Part shown: positions 26,760 to 37,819 of the stretch, piece by piece
How the letters are laid out: each line of letters starts with the position of its first letter
Numbering within the stretch: position 1 is the stretch's first letter
Assembly: GCA_010909165.1 (NCBI GenBank)
Contig: VJWM01000116.1
Location: forward strand, 372,001 to 436,000
Direction: 5' to 3'
Origin: Anthoceros angustus
Lineage: Eukaryota > Plantae > Anthocerotophyta
Length of the DNA stretch: 64,000 bases
Program-made: the position numbers and the translations under genes
Notes under the pieces: model-generated
Database searches by the model: none
Told to the model about the DNA's origin: nothing
The model's input: only the letters and a program-made list of their open reading frames with translations

Positions 26760-29700
26760 TAAAGCAGTCTCACTTGACAACGGTCTATGTTTCTAGCTAG
26801 TTTGGCGAATGTTGTCTTTCCGTCTCTGGACGACGATGTCATCGTTCTCTTCGGCCGTTGCGGATCGTAAATAGCAAGAGGAAGATATGGCGTTTCTCCA
26901 CCTTGGGATTCGCCAAAGCCAAACGCTCTGGATGTTGGTTGTCCCAAGTAGGGTCGCTTTCCGGTCTTTGCACTTCTTTCCGTCTGGGTTCTTAGGGTTT
27001 TCCGGACCTTTTTTGCCATCTTCTCCTTCTTCTTCCGGGGCCCCGTGATTGACTCAAGTCTTGAAGGTCGATGGGTGCGCATGTTCCTTGAACCAAGTGT
27101 AGCGTTGCGGCCACAGGCAGATCTCCTGCGCCATCTCTTTGGCAAAACCGGATGTCCACGTTTGTGTGGTTTGGTGGTCAACTCTTCCTCGTCGGAAACA
27201 CTTCATGGCCTGTAATACTGCTCGATGAATATTGTGCTCCTCTCTTGGTCAACAACAATACAGCCCGCCTTCCAAGAATGCCGCAAGTATTCCACTCCGC
27301 TTCCGAGCATCCATCTATAACCCATTCCCTCTTCGTGAATAGGTCGTATAGCGGGACCATCAACCCTATTGGCTTTTGGTAAGGAGAAACAACATGGCCA
27401 TCGTTGGACACATTCAAAAGTTTCTTCACGATCGCGCTTATGTCGAATAAACGCAGCATTGCTCCAATCTCTACCGCACTATTGGACAATGCACGCACTT
27501 CCTCATATCTTCAACAGTTGGGTGAACACCATACCCCACATGTCATGTACTCGCTTCTCGTAAAGTCCTCGTCCAAACCAAGTTGTCTTTCTCCCGGACC
27601 ATTGTATAAACCCCCTTTTCACACCATTTTCGCAGCATTTTGACATCCCGCATCCGGTCCGTCCATGCATGAATATCACGGAAAGTCTTGCATTCGGTGA
27701 TTGTCATGAATCCATCCATTATCTTCTCCAAATCCTCACATGTCATCTCCTTATCCCATGTCTCCGATAAATTGCCCCTTGGTAAATCGACGACCAACGA
27801 CTTGTATTCTCTTTTCCCCAAGTAGGCAGCCATTTCACGAATATCACCGCTTATTACCGTAACGGACCTTTTGCTTGCTTTTCGGAACATGGAAAATGTC
27901 TAGTTTTGCTGCAAATCTTCCACCCTCTTCCAATTTCTTGCCGCATTGATGTGCTCTTTGAAGCTATCGGGTATCATCTTCTCTTTGTACTCTTGACTGC
28001 TTGATTATGCCGCAGGATGGAGACGCTCATAGGTGCAACATGAAGACGAGTGCGCAAACTAGTTTGCGACTTGCTAACTCGAGCGGACAATACGCGCAAT
28101 GTGATCAAACACGGTTGAAATTTCGCTATATCTTACGGTGTTGAGTGCCTCGGATATTCTCGCTCAACTTCGCAAATGAATTGCACCTCGCCCGAGCAAA
28201 ATGCGGATGACATTCAACTTCTTGGCCTTCGTTATCCACGTTTTCATGCCACGGTCAACTCGCCTTGAATCACTTTCTCCGGTAGCAGACAACATAATCC
28301 TTTCACCGCTTCCGAGGCATGCCCGAAAACTCTCCAATTGGTCGCATGCATTGGCTTTATAATCAAATTTGGATCCCGCACCGGCTCGTATCCGCCCCCA
28401 CGCTTTGATTTCCCTCTTGCTGCCTTTCTTCGGTTACCTTGCTCGGGAAGCTCACCCTCTCCCAAAGATCGAAAACCTCGTCCACCCGTGTCCACACATG
28501 AGGCGGGACACTAGCAATGCATAGCACGGCAGTTTTCTGGTCGACAAGTCGCTGCATTTCTTCCCGATCTGATGCGTCGCCGATGACGCCTAGCATCCGA
28601 TATAGATTGTACTTCCAATCCATTGTAATGCTAATACCCTCCTCAGCCGCAATTTTCATTTCATCGTGAATATACCGGACTTGCTCAATGAAAGACATCC
28701 TCTTCCGGAAATCTGCCTTGACATTGTGATCTGTGGCCAGACACCGCATCTCTGCCTGGGTTAAGCCTGCATATATATGAGCTTCCATATACCGGAAGTG
28801 TGAGTTCTCCGGTCTTCACAGACAGCGTTGGAACGCATAGAAGCTGTGGTTCCCACCCAATACTCCCATGGTGTACTGCTGCCTTTTCAACTTGTCTTTG
28901 TCAAAGACCTCCACGCTTGCGCACTCCCTTGGATCGATCATACATAGCAGAGGAAGTACTCCCTCTTGCAGGTCCCTTTTTAATTTCCGGAGAAGATGTT
29001 TTCCCACGATTCATCCACTCTTGGATCCGAAAGGCCACGAGTAATGTAGTCCGCTTCTCAACTTGGTGATGGCAACCATATCTATCACGGAATGCACCTC
29101 TTTTTGTGCGCTGACTCTCGAATTTGATGTAACGGGTCCTTATGCTCTTGCGCTCGCTCTACTCTGTCGTTGTCTGACTTTGGTGATGGCCGTGTCGGGT
29201 GTCTCGTCAATGTCATTCCTCTTCCTCTTTTCCCGCTTTGGTTTACCTTTAGTCCTTGCGGTGGCTGGAACATCGCGTCTACCTCCTTTGAGGTTGGTTG
29301 TACACGGCTCGCTCCTTCACGATTCTTTGACCCTCATCCAAACTTTGTAGAAGCTGCTGGGCATCCTCAATGCATGGCGATTCTTGGGACATTAGACGAA
29401 CGTTTTGAGCCCCTCGCTATGTATATCCTCTCTGTTGTTGTCGGCTTCAACTCGCTTGTCCGATGCACATCGTCGTCCTCAACATCTTCATTTGCGGTTT
29501 CATGCTCTTCATATTCTCCACTATCGCCATCCGTGATATCTATACTGGTACCAAGTACCTCTCATTTCTTGTTCCATTGAATCCTCATGCCCTATTGATT
29601 GCGATGATGGTGCTTTGGTCGTGGTTGCGAATCGCCTTTTTCCTTGCCTCTCCATCGCTCTCCGGAGGATCGCTTTCACATGCTTGTTCGGCCATCTTCG

Positions 29701-29790
29701 TCATCATCAACCCTAGAACTATTTCCTTTTGGAGAAACGCCAGCATAGTCCCGAATGTCTGCAATAAAAAGACAACCACGACTCCATTAA
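26760..29790 (-). pseudogene. ParB-like + beta-class amino DNA methyltransferase fusion, copy B, frameshifted
   Basis: Acidic N-terminus; VLPLLCMIDP...VLGGNHSFYA...IYAGLTQAEMRCLATDHN; REYKSLVVDLPRG (DLPRG 27774-27788); SPYQKPIGLM; WVIDGCSG plus a frame-shifted GSGV.ILAAFLEG...IVVDQE. Confidence 0.75.
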
Positions 29791-30559
29791 CTAGATACAT
29801 CAACCAGATACATTAACCAGAGACATCTGGCTGGGCTTTAGATGACACCAAGGCGCATAAATCGTCTTTGGGGCACCTCATGCCGGTCTTGCTGCGTGGC
29901 TGAACTCAGGCCGTCGAGGTGGCGCACTTGTCGCGGCCCAGATGTCACGGTGTGCGCACGCGCAGAATCGTCTGTAAAAGTCAAGCAAGGCCGGCGTCTT
30001 GGCCACTTGTGCATAATGGGGTACCATGGAACGGGTGCGCGCGACGAGCGTCTCATGGTGCCCCATTCGCGCGCTGAAGTGCAGCGAGACCCATGGAGAC
30101 CGCCCGGTCGCGCACGGGCGCGCTTGCCATGTGACCCCTGTCGCGCCCAAGTCACGCGCCGGTGTTATGTTGCCCGGCGCGCAGGGGTTGATTGGGTCCC
30201 AAGGCGAGCACAAGCGCGCCACAAGTCACCCGTGACCGGACATGCTGCCATCAGAAAAAAACTTGGGAAGTTCAGATCATCCTGGTCCACATACCTTGTC
30301 ACTTGTCATAGCTGCGTCCAGTCCACTGCGCAGGTCTTGAGTATTGCATCGCCTTGGAATCAGCTTGTCCGCACTCAAAACCAGCAGGCGATAACAGTTA
30401 GAATTCTTCACAAAGAACTTCTCCTTCATTGTGCATATTAGAAGCTTCATTCTGAATTGCGACCGGACTTCATACATCCAAGCCCATAGAATGTACCCAA
30501 CTACAATCTTCTGCGTCCTCAACGCATCCATATACCCGTTCACCCAGAGCGCCGAAAGC

Positions 30560-31409
30560 ATGGGAGTGGTACAACAGGGACGAGGCTGAGCGGAACTTAA
30601 ATCCCATCGACGTTCCAGATGTCTTTGTGATTCCGGCTCCAGTTTCGCGAACCCTGGAACCGCGTCACATGTATCTCGGGAATTTTAGGCCATCGGGTGC
30701 CGCAGCCATGAAGTTGGCGAGATTTGATAGGGATGTATCCGAGATCAGACGTTGCCACATGATTGCAGTCCCATGTGAGACAGACGATCAGAACCGGCCT
30801 TTCTGGATTGCAGAAGTCGAAGACTTGGATTTCTTATGTGACGAACCTTACCTAGTTGTCCAGTGGTGGGTGCGCAGAGATCATAGCAATGCGTTTGAGG
30901 GAAGGTACCTACCAGAGGAGATATTGGCTCCACACAACAGTGATAAGGAGGGTTTGCGACAACGGAGGAAGCGACCTAAGCATCTGGATCGACTGTTGAT
31001 ATCGGAGACATTTATTTTGGCATACGGGTTCTTCTTTGCAAGGGATAGCACTCTACAAGTCCGTACACAGGAGCTCATCAAGACAAAGCTGTTTGAACTT
31101 CAACATCTACCAGCCATGCAAGAAGTTAATAGGGTTGAAGATATCAGGGAAGACCACCCATTTCCAGAGAGAGTCGCAATGGAGGAAAATGTTGATTCGG
31201 ATGAAAATCCCAAAAATAAGAGTGCAGTAGAACGACAAGCAGGCGCTGATGATGATAGACATCCGACTTCCAGTTCAGCACCAATCGCAACAAGAACCCG
31301 CGGCAGAGGCAACGGAACCGGGACGGCTATTGGTGCTTTTGAAGGCATGTTTGATGATGATCCGGCACAAAATCACCTTCGAAGGAGACGGAAACACCGT
31401 AGAGGATAG
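30560..31409 (+). CDS. Unknown transposon ORF remnant with an aromatic beta-barrel-like (BAH/Tudor-like) segment and an acidic/basic tail
   Basis: ORF 30627-31409: RPFWIAEVEDLDF...YLVVQWW...FEGRY. No clear start, so it is probably a C-terminal remnant. Confidence 0.5.
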
Positions 31410-31811
31410 AAAGGTGATAGGGTGTTCTTCGTAGCTTTAGAGCATAGGATAGATAGATGAGGTGTGTCTATGTGGACGTCCGCCGATATGTGTAACTTCT
31501 TATGTCGTCGGGGCTTCCGCCACATCCCCAGACCTCCAAAAAGACATATTTCCTCAGTCAAATGATATATTTCGCACTCGTTTTGCCTTGTGCGCGCACA
31601 AACAAATTGCAGAAACAACTGACATGCCAAAATTACGGAAGAATTCAGTCACAGGCCCTTCATCACACCGACGAATTAGTGTAAACGATCTGGTATTGGA
31701 AACTCCCTGTTGGATTGTGTCTTTGAGTGATTTTTTTGTTTTTTTTTGCTAAGTTTGGTGTCAAGAAGAGCTAGGTTGTCAGTAGGAAGGAATATTTATA
31801 CTAAGAAGTGT

Positions 31812-32490
31812 TCTTGGCCTTCGTTATCCACGCTTTCATGCCGCCACGGTCAACTCGCCTTGAATCACTTTCTCCAGCATACAATAATCCTTTCACCGCT
31901 TCCCCAGGCATGCCCGAAAACTCTCCAATTGGTCGCATGCATTGGCTTTATAATCAAATTTGGATCCCGCTCGGCTCATCCGCCCCCACGCTTTGATTTC
32001 CTCTTGCTGCCTTTCTTCGGTTACCTTGCTCGGAAGCTCACCCTCTCCCAAAGATCGAAAACCTCCACCCGGTGTCCACACATGAGGCGGGACACTAGCA
32101 ATGCATAGCACGGCAGTTTTCTGGTCGACAAGTCGCTGCATTTCTTCCCGATCTGATGCGTCGCCGATGACGCCTAGCATCCGATATAGATTGTACTTCC
32201 AATCCATTGTAATGCTAATACCCTCCTCAGCCGCAATTTTCATTTCATCGTGAATATACCGGACTTGCTCAATGAAAGACATCTTCTTCCGGAAATCTTG
32301 ACATTGTGATCCGTGGCCGACACCGCATCTCCGGGTTAAGCTGCATATATGAGCTTCCATATCGGAAGTGTGAGTTCTCCGGGTCTTCACAGGCGTTGGA
32401 ACGCAGAAGCGTGGTTCCCACCCAATACTCCCATGGTGTCGCTGCCTTTTCAACTTGTCTTTGTCAAAGACCTCCACGCTTGCGCACTCC
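31812..32490. repeat. ~680-bp copy of 28220-28930 (ParB-like segment) replacing ~80 bp, unit B only
   Basis: Junctions at CTTGGCCT and CACTCCTTGG/ACTCCTTGG microhomologies. Unit A has the uninterrupted sequence at ~11950-12030. Confidence 0.85.
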
Positions 32491-34632
32491 TTGGCCTTTG
32501 GTCTAATATCTAATAGAAAGTCTATATATGTGTTGGGAGGGGGGTCCTCATATTTGGCAGAGGTTGCTAAGTCCATAGCCTAGTGGTCGAACCAACCGGG
32601 CGGTAGTTGAACTGGTGAGTGGTCGTTGACTAGGGAGTGCGGGGACTATGTTTTGAAGACGGTAGGCGAACTAGACGGGTGGTCGTGGAAGGAGGAGCGG
32701 TCGCGGAAGGGGAAGTGGTCGCGGAAGGAGAAGTGGTCGCGGAAGCCAGCCAGCGGTAGGGGAATTTCGGGGAAATATAACCCTAAGGGAACTCGGAAAG
32801 GCACCAGGCGCGGCGGCAGCGGGGTAGCTCCAGACAATTCCTGGCAGGGCACGAGCTCGGCATGAGGCTGTGAAGGGCAGGCCTTGATGGCGGCGGAGAT
32901 CTCGCGAGGCTGTGGAGGTAGGAACCTTGGGGGACTGACCAAGTTGGAGATTCTGAGGCGAGCTATCAGCAATTTGAGGCGCCGTGGGCAGTGAGGTTTC
33001 TGCAGGAGCATGGCGCCTGTGGTCATAGCTGAAATTTCGACCGCCAATGGCCCAATATGGACCATTGAGGGTCGATGGAGAATTGGCGAGGGAGCTGGGA
33101 CTTGGGTTCATGGAAAAACGGTGGAGAGTTTGTGGGAGGATTTACCAGACCAGCAATGAGGAAGGAGGGCCCATGGATTCAGCAGCAGAGGACAAAGGGC
33201 CAGACGACCAAATCGGAGGAGGGTGCGGAGATAACATGGGCAGGGAGTAGTGGCACCCTAGGAATAGAACTTTGGATAGGATGCCATCCTGGACCTAAGG
33301 CCGTCCGAAATTGTAGGGCGCCTGCTCGCCACTGCTTAGGACCTCGAAAGTCCGGTCTATGACGCCAAAGAATTGTATAAAGGGGCTTGGTTGTGCCCCT
33401 CACATCGATAATCGTTGAGATCCCCACGCTGCGTGGCTGGTTGGAGACGTCCGATTGACAGAGGCGGGTGCGAGACGCCCTAGGGGTGGTCGAGAGCTTG
33501 CTCCGCAAAGGAGTGGAGGGGGTGAGTGAGCGCCTCACGACAAAGGAGGAGGAAATCGAGGGATTGGGGCGGCGGTCCGGAGCTTGCTCATAACGCCACC
33601 GTGACGCCCGAGAATTCTTCCTTCCTTACCCTTCTTCCCGCCGGTTGTGTTCCAAATTAAGAGTGTATGTGGTTGTGTGGTTGGAAGCCTGAGGGCGTAA
33701 CGAGAGAGAGAGGGAGAGAGAATTGGATGAAGCGAATCGTGGAGGAGAAGGAAGAGGATCGAGCAAGACGGCGCGAGGTGTGAGGTGTGAGAAGTTGGGA
33801 AGGGAAACTAACTGAGTGAATAATAGTGGGGATTGCGTGGATCAGAGAGAGTCCAAAACGGTGCTGTTCGTGGAAGTGAGCACAAGAGGAAATATCATTT
33901 CTTCAGGAATTGTGTGAGGGCGGCCCCCTTTGTGTGTGTGTGAAGCGGTCGAGAGGGATCAGTGGAACTATGGTCCCTAGAAATCGGTGTGTGTGTGTGT
34001 GCACGAAATGTGGAGTGCAGAATAAAGTCCGACAGGCGCGCAATGGTACCGCCTGTGGTGGATCCGCTGGCGCGCCGCGTAAATAAGTCGCTAGGGTTCG
34101 ACGTGGGACCCACCTCGGTAGTCGAAGCAACTACCCGGTAGTGGTAAGGGGCACCGCGGTAGTAGATCGGGAACGACGGTTGGGGAATAAGATCCGCGGT
34201 CGGGAAGTAAGGTCGGGGGTAGCTCGGAGGTAGTAGTAGACGAATAGATAGGTAAGAGGAACAACAGCAGGAAAAGTCCCGACTTAGGTGAAGGTCAGTA
34301 GCGATAGAAGTTAGCGTCTCTTGGCACAAATCATTCCCTTGGGAGCGAATCCCAGGACTACAACGACATTGAGGGTGAATGTGGACCTCACGGTGTCCCC
34401 AGACACAAAGTTACACTCCACAATTAGCCATGGACCCGAGTGCAAGGCGCCACCGCGGTGTAAATGACCGGACAGGAAGTGGTGTCGGAGCCGCGACTGC
34501 CCGAAACCGATGGATGAACACCTACAAAACTCAACAAAAACCAACCCAGCTTCGGTTTTCGACGAAATAGGGTTGGGATTTTTTCCAAAACCCCTTTTGA
34601 CAGGAGAAACCCCTTTCAAAACAGACGCTGTT

Positions 34633-35620
34633 ATATGATGTCCCGGACGGGCGTCATGCGTAGCGATACGCTGCCCACTCGCAGGACAGCGAGCCAAGTG
34701 CGTCTCGGAGTCATCGAAGAGGGGCCCCGCAACTGCAAGTTGAAAGAGAGCAAGCTAGAGGATGGACCAAGCCTAGGCGAAAATGCATCGCGGCGGAAAA
34801 AGTTGCTAGTGCGATCCGGAATGCTTGAAGACTGGGTCGAGCCAGAAGCCAGAAACTTGCCCCCTTCCCCGAGCAAGAGTGGAGACGAGCCCGAATGGGC
34901 CTAGGGATGGAGGAATCCCAAGGGCCAATTGTTCTTGCCTATACTATCTCTCCAAGAGGGACGCCTGGGCTGAGCCCAACCCTGAAGCGAAGAAAAAGAC
35001 GACATGGCAACTCTCGCTTCGGAGGATAAAGAGTCCCTGGCTAATCTTAGCGAGGCTTGCATGGGAAAAGTCCCCTCGTCAACGCCCGCGATAAAAGCCT
35101 CCAGGATATGTGAATGCCGAATTAAGAAACGGGAGGACAAGATGAGGGCAGAGAGAGCCCAGCTCCCTAAGAAAGCCGCTAGTGCGGAGGTCTCTGTGGC
35201 CAGCAAACCAGTGCCCCCAAAAGTAACGGGAAGGAACGCCTGCTGCTTCGCAAGGTCCCCGGTCGCACACTCGAAGGTGCATGGGCCGATGATGTCGCCT
35301 AAAACCTGCATAAGCCGCTTGTCGAAATTCCTTAGGCTAGATAAGAAAACCAGGGAGGGGGCAACCGTTCGGAGAAGGTACCGGCCGCAAGAATGAGAGG
35401 ATCTCAAATGCCACTTGTGGGTCTCCTAGTTGAGAAAGATCATCGATGCGCCAAATCTCGCCCAAAGCCGCGCCCACATAATTGTGGATGAAGGTGAGGC
35501 CCAATCGGACATCATGAACTCAAGCCCCATGAGAAGCAATATCCTCCTGACATCAAGAAAATCCACAACACTAAAGGGAGACCAAACCTTACACTTAATA
35601 ATTTTGACCTTAAGACCGAG
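34633..35620 (-). mobile_element. CRE post-RT region and CCHC knuckle, unit B
   Basis: QQAFLPVTFGGTGL...ALAAFLGSWAL; ACSLSTCSCGAPL...HLARCPASGQRIATHDA..RDII. Confidence 0.8.
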
Positions 35621-36829
35621 GCGCTGGTGGCGCTTATTCCTTGTTCACAATTTCATTGTTCTGTTGATTAGTTGATTGTTTCTTTTGTTTGAGTTTTAGT
35701 TCTAGATTAATCTAGATATTTTAATCACAATTTATATACTTGTCATATTTTAGTCCCATGATGGTCATCCGTTCTTAATGAACCTAAGTAGTACATGAGG
35801 GTTAGTGATTATTTTAGCCAGGCAAATAAGATCATATGAGTAATTCCTATGGGTGAAACATTCGAGTTTTTTGTAGTCTTTAATTTTTAAATTTGAATTA
35901 TTTATTTAAAATAAAAATGATAGGTAGTATGTACATACTCACATAACATATGAACATCACAAAACTCACTTGTAGTATGCATATACTTATATAACATATA
36001 AGCATAGCAAAACTCACATGAATAAGAGGTTTACATAGTAAGTAAATGCACAATTGAGTTCAGAGTCACATCCTACCCTCCTAGAGTCACATCCTACCCT
36101 CCTTCGGTCCATGATTAAAATCTGTCCTTGATGCATTCTATTTCTTTATCTTCTTCATTGGTTAGGCCTTATACTAACACGAATATGTACGAGTAATTGT
36201 AAACTATAATGTTGCACTTATAAATGTACAATTAAGGGCATCGACAGGAGCGGTTTTAAGGACAACGGTGAGAGTTGGAGAACAATCCGAATGGTATGTC
36301 GAACCTCTCATTTTCCAATTCATGACATCATAGGTGTCATAAGTGACTTTAGACACGAAGTTGACTTGCTTCACCTTTTTGTTACCCTGGTAGACTCCCC
36401 CAAGCTGTCTTATAGTAGATGGGCTGTCCCCATCTCTACTTGCACAATAAAGTGAACTTTGTACCAAGTATAGGTAACCAGCTTCACAAAGCGGCAAACA
36501 TTATTTTGTAATAATCCAACGTTGGAATACCTAAATGTGTACCCTTAACGTCAATGTCCAATGGATACCTCCTATCCGAATCCGTTGTTTGTTTACAGAA
36601 TTCGTCGTTCTTTGTTTAGAGAATTTGTCGTGGGCCGATTTGGACAGTCAGATTGAAAACCTCTCATAACATTTGGTGGAACAAGGGTTAAAAAATGAAG
36701 TTTCCACACGGAAAATAAAGGACAAAGCAACAAATTCTGGGAAAAAAAATTCTATCATGAAACAAGTTTACCGACATATATGTAGAAGCTACATCCACCC
36801 AAATCACAGCAAAAATATGAAGAAGCTAG

Positions 36830-37520
36830 GGTTTTTTCCGAGCTGTTTCTTCTGGCTGCCGCTGTGGCGAGGGGAGATACTCCTCCTCGGATCTCTCAAG
36901 TATTGGTGCGAGCAGGTTGCTGGCGATGGAGAAGCCCACCTCAGGGGTACGCCCTATCGCTGTCGGGGAGGTGTTCCTGCGGCTTATTGGTCGTAGTATA
37001 TATTGCCATCCAGCTCCGGAAGCAGTTTCAGGCCCATCTTAGTCCTCATCAGTTTGGGATTGCTACGCTAGGGGGCTCTGAGTCTGTGGCTTTTGGAGTG
37101 GAGGCGCTTCTCGAGACCCACCCTGAATGGGTTGCTCTTCAAGACGATGTGGAGAATGCCTTCAACACTGTCTCACGGTCGGCCATCTTTGACTAGCTCA
37201 AGAACGCAGGTGCGCAGTTGGCCAATCTTATTCCCTTTGTCTGCTCTTTTTATGGGTGTTCTTCCAACCTCTATTATCAGCATGGCCCCTCAGTGGAAGG
37301 GGTTTCTGTGCAGAGCTCGGCGAGGGCACTAGGCAAGGTAACCCTTTGAGGGGTGCTCTCTTTGCCATGGCGCATTTCAGGGCTTTGTCTTCAACTGCCT
37401 CATCGTTATGGGAATGTTTGTATCCGTCTGTGGCCGACGATATCCATATCCTCGGGCCTGGAGACAAGGTTAAGGTAGCATTTGATTTCTTCGCTTCAAA
37501 GCTCTCTCTGCATGTAAAGC
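36830..37520 (+). mobile_element. CRE reverse transcriptase core fragment (inverted), unit B
   Basis: SRLLAMEKPTSGVRPIAVGEVFLRL (across frameshifts), HQFGIATLGGSE, LQDDVENAFNTVSR, GTRQGNPLRGALF, SVADDIHILGP. Confidence 0.85.
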
Positions 37521-37819
37521 TTTGACAAACGAGTAACTTCTTCTTCTTAGACTTCCATTGGAGCGGCGTAAGATCATACCTCATTGATGTACAAGGTGCT
37601 CAATTCATACTCATCCGGAGCATAAACCTTGCCTGCACAAAACGTCCTACTGCTGGGCACAAAACGTCCCAATTAGAAAATGAAGGGGCTTTCCCATTTT
37701 ATACATTGCAGGGAGAATGGGAGTTAAGCTCGGGCGTCCCAATAATAAGTGGTCTCCCATTTAGAGGGGTCCAGTGTATAGTGCTTTCTTGCTACTGTGA
37801 AGCTGGGCTTCAACAAGAA

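Larger units (their letters stand above)
26480..34632. mobile_element. TIR DNA transposon with methyltransferase cargo, copy B (best-preserved ends; possibly Sola1-like)
   Basis: 32-bp TIRs at 26480-26511 and 34601-34632 with 1 mismatch, flanked by ATAT at 26476-26479 and 34633-34636. Confidence 0.85.

Noticed and set aside
26760-29790. Methyltransferase as bacterial contamination
   Set aside because: It sits between TIRs with a TSD inside a eukaryotic retrotransposon, among spliced plant genes, in two copies.
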